From: Macrostomum lignano
Taxonomy: Eukaryota
Direction: 5' to 3'
Length of the DNA: 64,000 nucleotides
Assembly: GCA_002269645.1 (NCBI GenBank)
Contig: NIVC01000244.1
Location: 328,484-392,483, forward strand
The notes beneath the pieces are model-generated. The model ran no database searches, was not told where the DNA came from, and saw only the letters and a list, made by a program, of their open reading frames with translations. This document shows, piece after piece, positions 58,509 through 64,000 of the stretch. The position numbers were made by a program, and so were the translations under genes. The first letter of the stretch is position 1; each line of letters begins with the position of its first letter.

Positions 58509-58945
58509 TTAGGGTGAACCAAAAGTTCGTGCGTTTTTCTGACTTAAAATAGACAGAATAGGTCGGTAGGTCGACCAGAACGTGGCCGAACTTCGAGGCT
58601 CGTGTCGCCACTCGAAAAGCGCTGGTACCACTTCTGTGCTGTTCTGTCCTGAAGGGCATCCTGCCCTTCAGTTTCGCGAATCTTTTGAGCTGCGTCCGTT
58701 GCTGTGAAGCCGAGCTTCCAGTAATGTCGCAGAATAGCGAGATTATCGCGACTGGTAGCACTCATTTCAGTAGAGCTGACAGTGGCTGGAAATATTTACC
58801 AGAATTAAAACATGCGTGGTTTGGTTCGGCAAAATATGCTCTTTCGAATGAGACGTCACTTGATTATGTATGTTGTTCATGAGAGAAATAATAAGCGCCT
58901 AAAAATGTGCATACAAAAAGCGCACGGACTTTTGGTTCACCTCAG
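58509..58945 (-). mobile_element. Internally deleted mariner element (437 bp) retaining the N-terminal HTH ORF
   Basis: Imperfect ~27-bp TIRs (TTAGGGTGAACCAAAAGTTCGTGCG vs CGCACGGACTTTTGGTTCACCTCAG) and TA on both sides. ORF 58765-58544 reads MSATSRDNLAILRHYWKLGFTATDAAQKIRETEG..RTAQKWYQRFSSGDTSLEVRPRSGRP. Confidence 0.85.
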
Positions 58946-59032
58946 TATTAATAGTTATTATTTAGCAGGTTGGATTCGGGAAAATCAAAGCGATAGTCGA
59001 CTGGTGGCATGCCAAGGACTGCAATACGGTGT

Positions 59033-59586
59033 GTGCGTGTGTATGAATGTGTATGTGAATTTGTGTGTGAATGTGTATGTGAACTTGTGTGTGAATGTGT
59101 GTGTGAATGTGTATGTGAATGTGTGCATGAATGTGTATGTGAATGTGTTTGTGAATGTGTATGTGAATGTGTGCATGAACATGTATGTGAATGTGTGTGT
59201 GAATGTGTATGTGAATGTGTACATGAATGTGTATGTGAATGTGTGCATGAATGTGTATGTGAATGTGTATGTGAATGTGTATGTGAATGTGTGCATGAAC
59301 ATGTATGTGAATGTGTGTGTGAATGTGTATGTGAATGTGTGCATGAATGTGTATGTGAATTTGTGAATGAATGTGTGTGTGTGAATGTGTATGTGAATGT
59401 GTGCATGAATGTGTATGTGAATGTGTGCATGAATGTGTATGTGAATGTGTGCATGAATGTGTATGTGAATGTGTGCATGAATGTGTATGCGAATGTGTGC
59501 ATGAATGTGTATGTGAATGTGTGCATGAATGTGTGTGTGAATGTGTATGTGAATGTGTGCATGAACGTGTATGTGAATGTGTGTGA
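59033..59586 (+). repeat. 12-bp minisatellite (GTGAATGTGTAT / GTGTGCAT variants)
   Basis: Direct reading. Confidence 0.95.
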
Positions 59587-60014
59587 AGGTACCAGACCAA
59601 GCAAACAAACATCCGGATTCCGTACACTGCAGTCCATTCAAAGTGTGCGGCCGTGGCACTACTGAATCGAGTCCAGTTAAGGTTGGCGCGAGAATCAGAC
59701 GACGGCCACCATCTGCAATTCCTTTCACTGTCTAACACTGTATAAAGCAGCTGCTTCAAATACGTACACGAAGTTGGTTAATCCAAAGCCAGTCAGCAGT
59801 CAATTGCACGGCACCCTCGCAACTAAGCATTTAAGCTACAGCAGCAGTCTAACGTACCCATAAAAATAACGATTACTTAAAGCCGGTCAGTACCGCCACC
59901 ACACAGACAGACATTCATGACTTGGCAATGGGCCAGATTCAGTTCAAAACCAGAATGCCTTTCAAGATATCAAATGTAAAATAATAGTGCGGGGCTTGTC
60001 CAATGAGGGGGTTA

Positions 60015-62700
60015 GGGAATTCCCGGTCGGTAGTTCTGTCAGATAAACGGATTTGTTAACGAAGGGGAATTCCCAGTCGGTAGTTCTGTCAGATAAACGG
60101 ATTTGTTAACGAAGGGGAATTCCCAGTCGGTAGTTCTGTCAGATAAACGGATTTGTTAACGAAGGGGAATTCCCAGTCGGTAGTTCTGTCAGATAAACGG
60201 ATTTGTTAACGAAGGGGAATTCCCAGTCGGTAGTTCTGTCAGATAAACGGATTTGTTAACGAAGGGGAATTCCCAGTCGGTAGTTCTGTCAGATAAACAC
60301 GGATTTGTTAAGGAAGAGGAATTCCCCAGTTCGTAGTTCTGTCAGATAAACACGGATTTATTAAGGAAGAGGAATTCCCCAGTTCGTAGTTCTGTCAGAT
60401 AAACACGGATTTATTAAGGAAGGGGAATTCCCCCAGTCGGTAGTTCTGTCAGATAAAAACGGATTTATTAAGGAAGGGGAATTCTCACAGTCGGTAGTTC
60501 TGTCAGATAAACACGGATTTATTAAGGAAGAGGAATTCTCACAGTCGGTAGTTCTGTCAGATAAAAACGGATTTATTAAGGAAGGGGAATTCTCACAGTC
60601 GGTAGTTTCTGTCAGATAAACACGGATTTGTTAAGGAAGGGGAATTCCCCAGTTCGTAGTTCTGTCAGATAAAAACGGATTTATTAAGGAAGAGGAATTC
60701 CCCAGTTCGTAGTTCTGTCAGATAAACACGGATTTATTAAGGAAGAGGAATTCCCCAGTTCGTAGTTCTGTCAGATAAAAACGGATTTATTAAGGAAGAG
60801 GAATTCCCCAGTTCGTAGTTCTGTCAGATAAACACGGATTTGTTAAGGAAGGGGAATTCTCACAGTCGGTAGTTCTGTCAGATAAACACGGATTTGTTAA
60901 GGAAGGGGAATTCCCCCAGTCGGTAGTTCTGTCAGATAAACACGGATTTATTAAGGAAGGGGAATTCTCACAGTCGGTAGTTCTGTCAGATAAACACGGA
61001 TTTGTTAAGGAAGGGGAATTCTCACAGTCGGTAGTTCTGTCAGATAAACACGGATTTGTTAAGGAAGGGGAATTCTCACAGTCGGTAGTTCTGTCAGATA
61101 AACACGGATTTGTTAACGAAGGGGAATTCCCAGTCGGTAGTTCTGTCAGATAAACACGGATTTGTTAAGGAAGGGGAATTCCCCAGTTCGTAGTTCTGTC
61201 AGATAAACACGGATTTATTAAGGAAGGGGAATTCCCCCAGTCGGTAGTTCTGTCAGATAAAAACGGATTTACAGTGTATTAAGGAAGGGGAATTCTCACA
61301 GTCGGTAGTTCTGTCAGATAAACACGGATTTGTTAAGGAAGGGGAATTCCCAGTCGGTAGTTCTGTCAGATAAACGGATTTGTTAACGAAGGGGAATTCC
61401 CAGTCGGTAGTTCTGTCAGATAAACACGGATTTGTTAAGGAAGGGGAATTCCCCAGTTCGTAGTTCTGTCAGATAAACACGGATTTATTAAGGAAGGGGA
61501 ATTCCCCCAGTCGGTAGTTCTGTCAGATAAAAACGGATTTACAGTGTATTAAGGAAGGGGAATTCTCACAGTCGGTAGTTCTGTCAGATAAACACGGATT
61601 TGTTAAGGAAGGGGAATTCCCAGTCGGTAGTTCTGTCAGATAAACGGATTTGTTAACGAAGGGGAATTCCCAGTCGGTAGTTCTGTCAGATAAACACGGA
61701 TTTGTTAAGGAAGGGGAATTCCCAGTTCGTAGTTCTGTCAGATAAACACGGATTTATTAAGGAAGGGGAATTCCCCAGTCGGTAGTTCTGTCAGATAAAA
61801 ACGGATTTACAGTGTATTAAGGAAGGGGAATTCTCACAGTCGGTAGTTCTGTCAGATAAACACGGATTTGTTAAGGAAGGGGAATTCCCCCAGGCGGTAG
61901 TTCTGTCAGATAAACACGGATTTATTAAGGAAGGGGAATTCTCACAGTCGGTAGTTCTGTCAGATAAACACGGATTTGTTAAGGAAGGGGAATTCTCACA
62001 GTCGGTAGTTCTGTCAGATAAACACGGATTTGTTAAGGAGGGGGAATTCTCACAGTCGGTAGTTCTGTCAGATAAACACGGATTTGTTAAGGAAGAGGAA
62101 TTCCCCAGTTCGTAGTTCTGTCAGATAAACACGGATTTATTAAGGAAGGGGAATTCCCCCAGTCGGTAGTTCTGTCAGATAAACACGGATTTATTAAGGA
62201 AGGGGAATTCTCACAGTCGGTAGTTCTGTCAGATAAACACGGATTTGTTAAGGAAGGGGAATTCTCACAGTCGGTAGTTCTGTCAGATAAACACGGATTT
62301 GTTAAGGAAGGGGAATTCTCACAGTCGGTAGTTCTGTCAGATAAACACGGATTTGTTAAGGAGGGGGAATTCCCGTCGGTAGTTCTGTCAGATAAACACG
62401 GATTTGTTAAGGAAGGGGAATTCCCGTCGGTAGTTCTGTCAGATAAACACGGATTTGTTAACGAAGGGGAATTCCCAGTCGGTAGTTCTGTCAGATAAAC
62501 ACGGATTTGTTAAGGAGGGGGAATTCCCGTCGGTAGTTCTGTCAGATAAACACGGATTTGTTAAGGAAGGGGAATTCCCGTCGGTAGTTCTGTCAGATAA
62601 ACACGGATTTGTTAACGAAGGGGAATTCCCAGTCGGTAGTTCTGTCAGATAAACACGGATTTGTTAAGGAAGGGGAGTTCCCCAGTCGGTAGTTCTGTCA
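60015..62700 (+). repeat. 50-54-bp satellite with a GAATTC site in nearly every monomer, ~51 copies
   Basis: GAAGGGGAATTCCCAGTCGGTAGTTCTGTCAGATAAA(CA)CGGATTTGTTAA; no unique spacers. Confidence 0.97.
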
Positions 62701-63069
62701 AGCACTTATGCAATTTGACAAAAGCAACAAAAAAGCAAGCCAAAACTTCATTCAAATTTTCCTCAGACACACTTTCAAGCCTGAATCGCAGAATTTAGGA
62801 AGCTGCAGGCAAATTAGCGTAGGGGATTTGGCGTTTATTATAATTTTTCGATTAAAAGTAGATATGATTGAATAATTAAGTCAAAAAGTCAAAGTTTTAA
62901 TAAAACAAAAAATAGTTTTGACAATGAGACACAGAAAACACGGAGCTAATTTTTCCGTTCAGAATTTGCAATTGCAAAGCTTTGTAAAAGCAGTAATATA
63001 TTAGCATAAAATTTATACGCTGCGTACATGACAGCCCTCAGACCTTGAGCCAGACTATAACCCGCTGCC

Positions 63070-63415
63070 AAACACCGCGGACCAATTGCAGCGGCCCGAC
63101 TTACATCACGTGATCAAATATTGCACGCCGCAGCGCCCCACCCCAAAAACTCCTACCCCAGTGTGACAATCCGCGGTCCAATTGCAGCAAGGCCTGGCCC
63201 CAATCACGTGATCAAATATTGCACGCCGCAGCGCCCCACCCCAAAAACTCCTACCCCAGTGTGGCAATCCGCGGTCCAATTGCAGCAAGGCCTGGCCCCA
63301 ATCACGTGATCAAATATTGCACGCCCCAGCGCCTCACCTAAAAAAACTCCTACCCCAGTGTGGCAATCCGCGGTCCAATTGCAGCAAGGCCTGGTCCCAA
63401 TCACGTGATCAAATT
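63070..63415 (+). repeat. ~97-bp tandem repeat, ~3.5 copies
   Basis: CGCGG(T/A)CCAATTGCAGC starts at 63076, 63172, 63270 and 63369. Confidence 0.9.
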
Positions 63416-64000
63416 TTTTGTACTGAAAACCTAAGCTGAAAAACGAACGATTGATTGATTTCCTCTTTCATACCGAAAATCCTGGAAAAAATAGGCTAAA
63501 AGAGACACAAAAAGTACAATCTGGGCCAAAAAGCTAAAAGTACACAAAAAACAACAATAGGTAAGAATTGTTGGGGAAACTGCTGCAGGAAAAAGGAAAA
63601 AAGCCAACAATCAAGCAACACTAAAAAAGCAGAAAAATCATACGCAAACAAATTACCATAGCAACAACACACATATACGAGCGTAATATTGTGTTCGGCG
63701 TTCAATTAGCATGACAAAAAATTAAAATTGCATTGTAAAGGCAGACAACGGCCGACAACTAATATAAAGTTCAAATATATTAGAGTTTTACGAATAGTAA
63801 TAATATTAACTGCCAAATAATAAAAGTTCAGCTTGTACAATAATTCAATCACAAACCAGCATAATGTGAACAATCAGAGAAAACAAAACATCGTGCATTG
63901 AATAAATTAAAAACAGATTAAACAGCACACAGAAAGCAGCCCTACAAAGCGGGCATTTATTGATTTTATTGTGTACAAGGATCTGAGAGAAAAAGTTAGT

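Noticed and set aside
58812-59759. His- or Cys-rich metal-binding ORFs
   Set aside because: Translation of the 12-bp repeat in all frames.
60015-62700. CRISPR array
   Set aside because: Contiguous monomers with no unique spacers, no cas genes, eukaryotic context. The same holds for the 29-, 34- and 24-bp arrays.

Overview
Eukaryotic (invertebrate metazoan) genomic DNA. The GC-rich exons, short GT-AG introns and abundant mini/microsatellites suggest a flatworm such as Macrostomum, but this is inference only. Genes reconstructed by hand: (1) a decayed SLC17/VGLUT-like transporter on + (6781-20483) whose ~10.9-kb intron holds a head-to-tail trimer of a non-autonomous Helitron; (2) a secreted fibrinogen-related (FReD) gene on - with an in-frame TAA; (3) a KChIP/NCS EF-hand gene on - with an intronless coding region and atypical Ca-binding loops; (4) an apparently intact 7-EC protocadherin on - (7 exons). 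Roughly 40% of the window is tandem repeat from more than 10 unrelated families, including a ~12-kb 19/17-bp satellite with kb-scale higher-order structure. Other elements: three tRNA-derived CORE-like SINEs, a Gypsy pol tail, Tc1 and mariner remnants, and a strongly CpG-depleted 2.7-kb block. All very long ORFs in the track are satellite artefacts. No CRISPR, rRNA or true tRNA gene was found. All alignments and counts were done by eye, so boundaries of degenerate elements are approximate.
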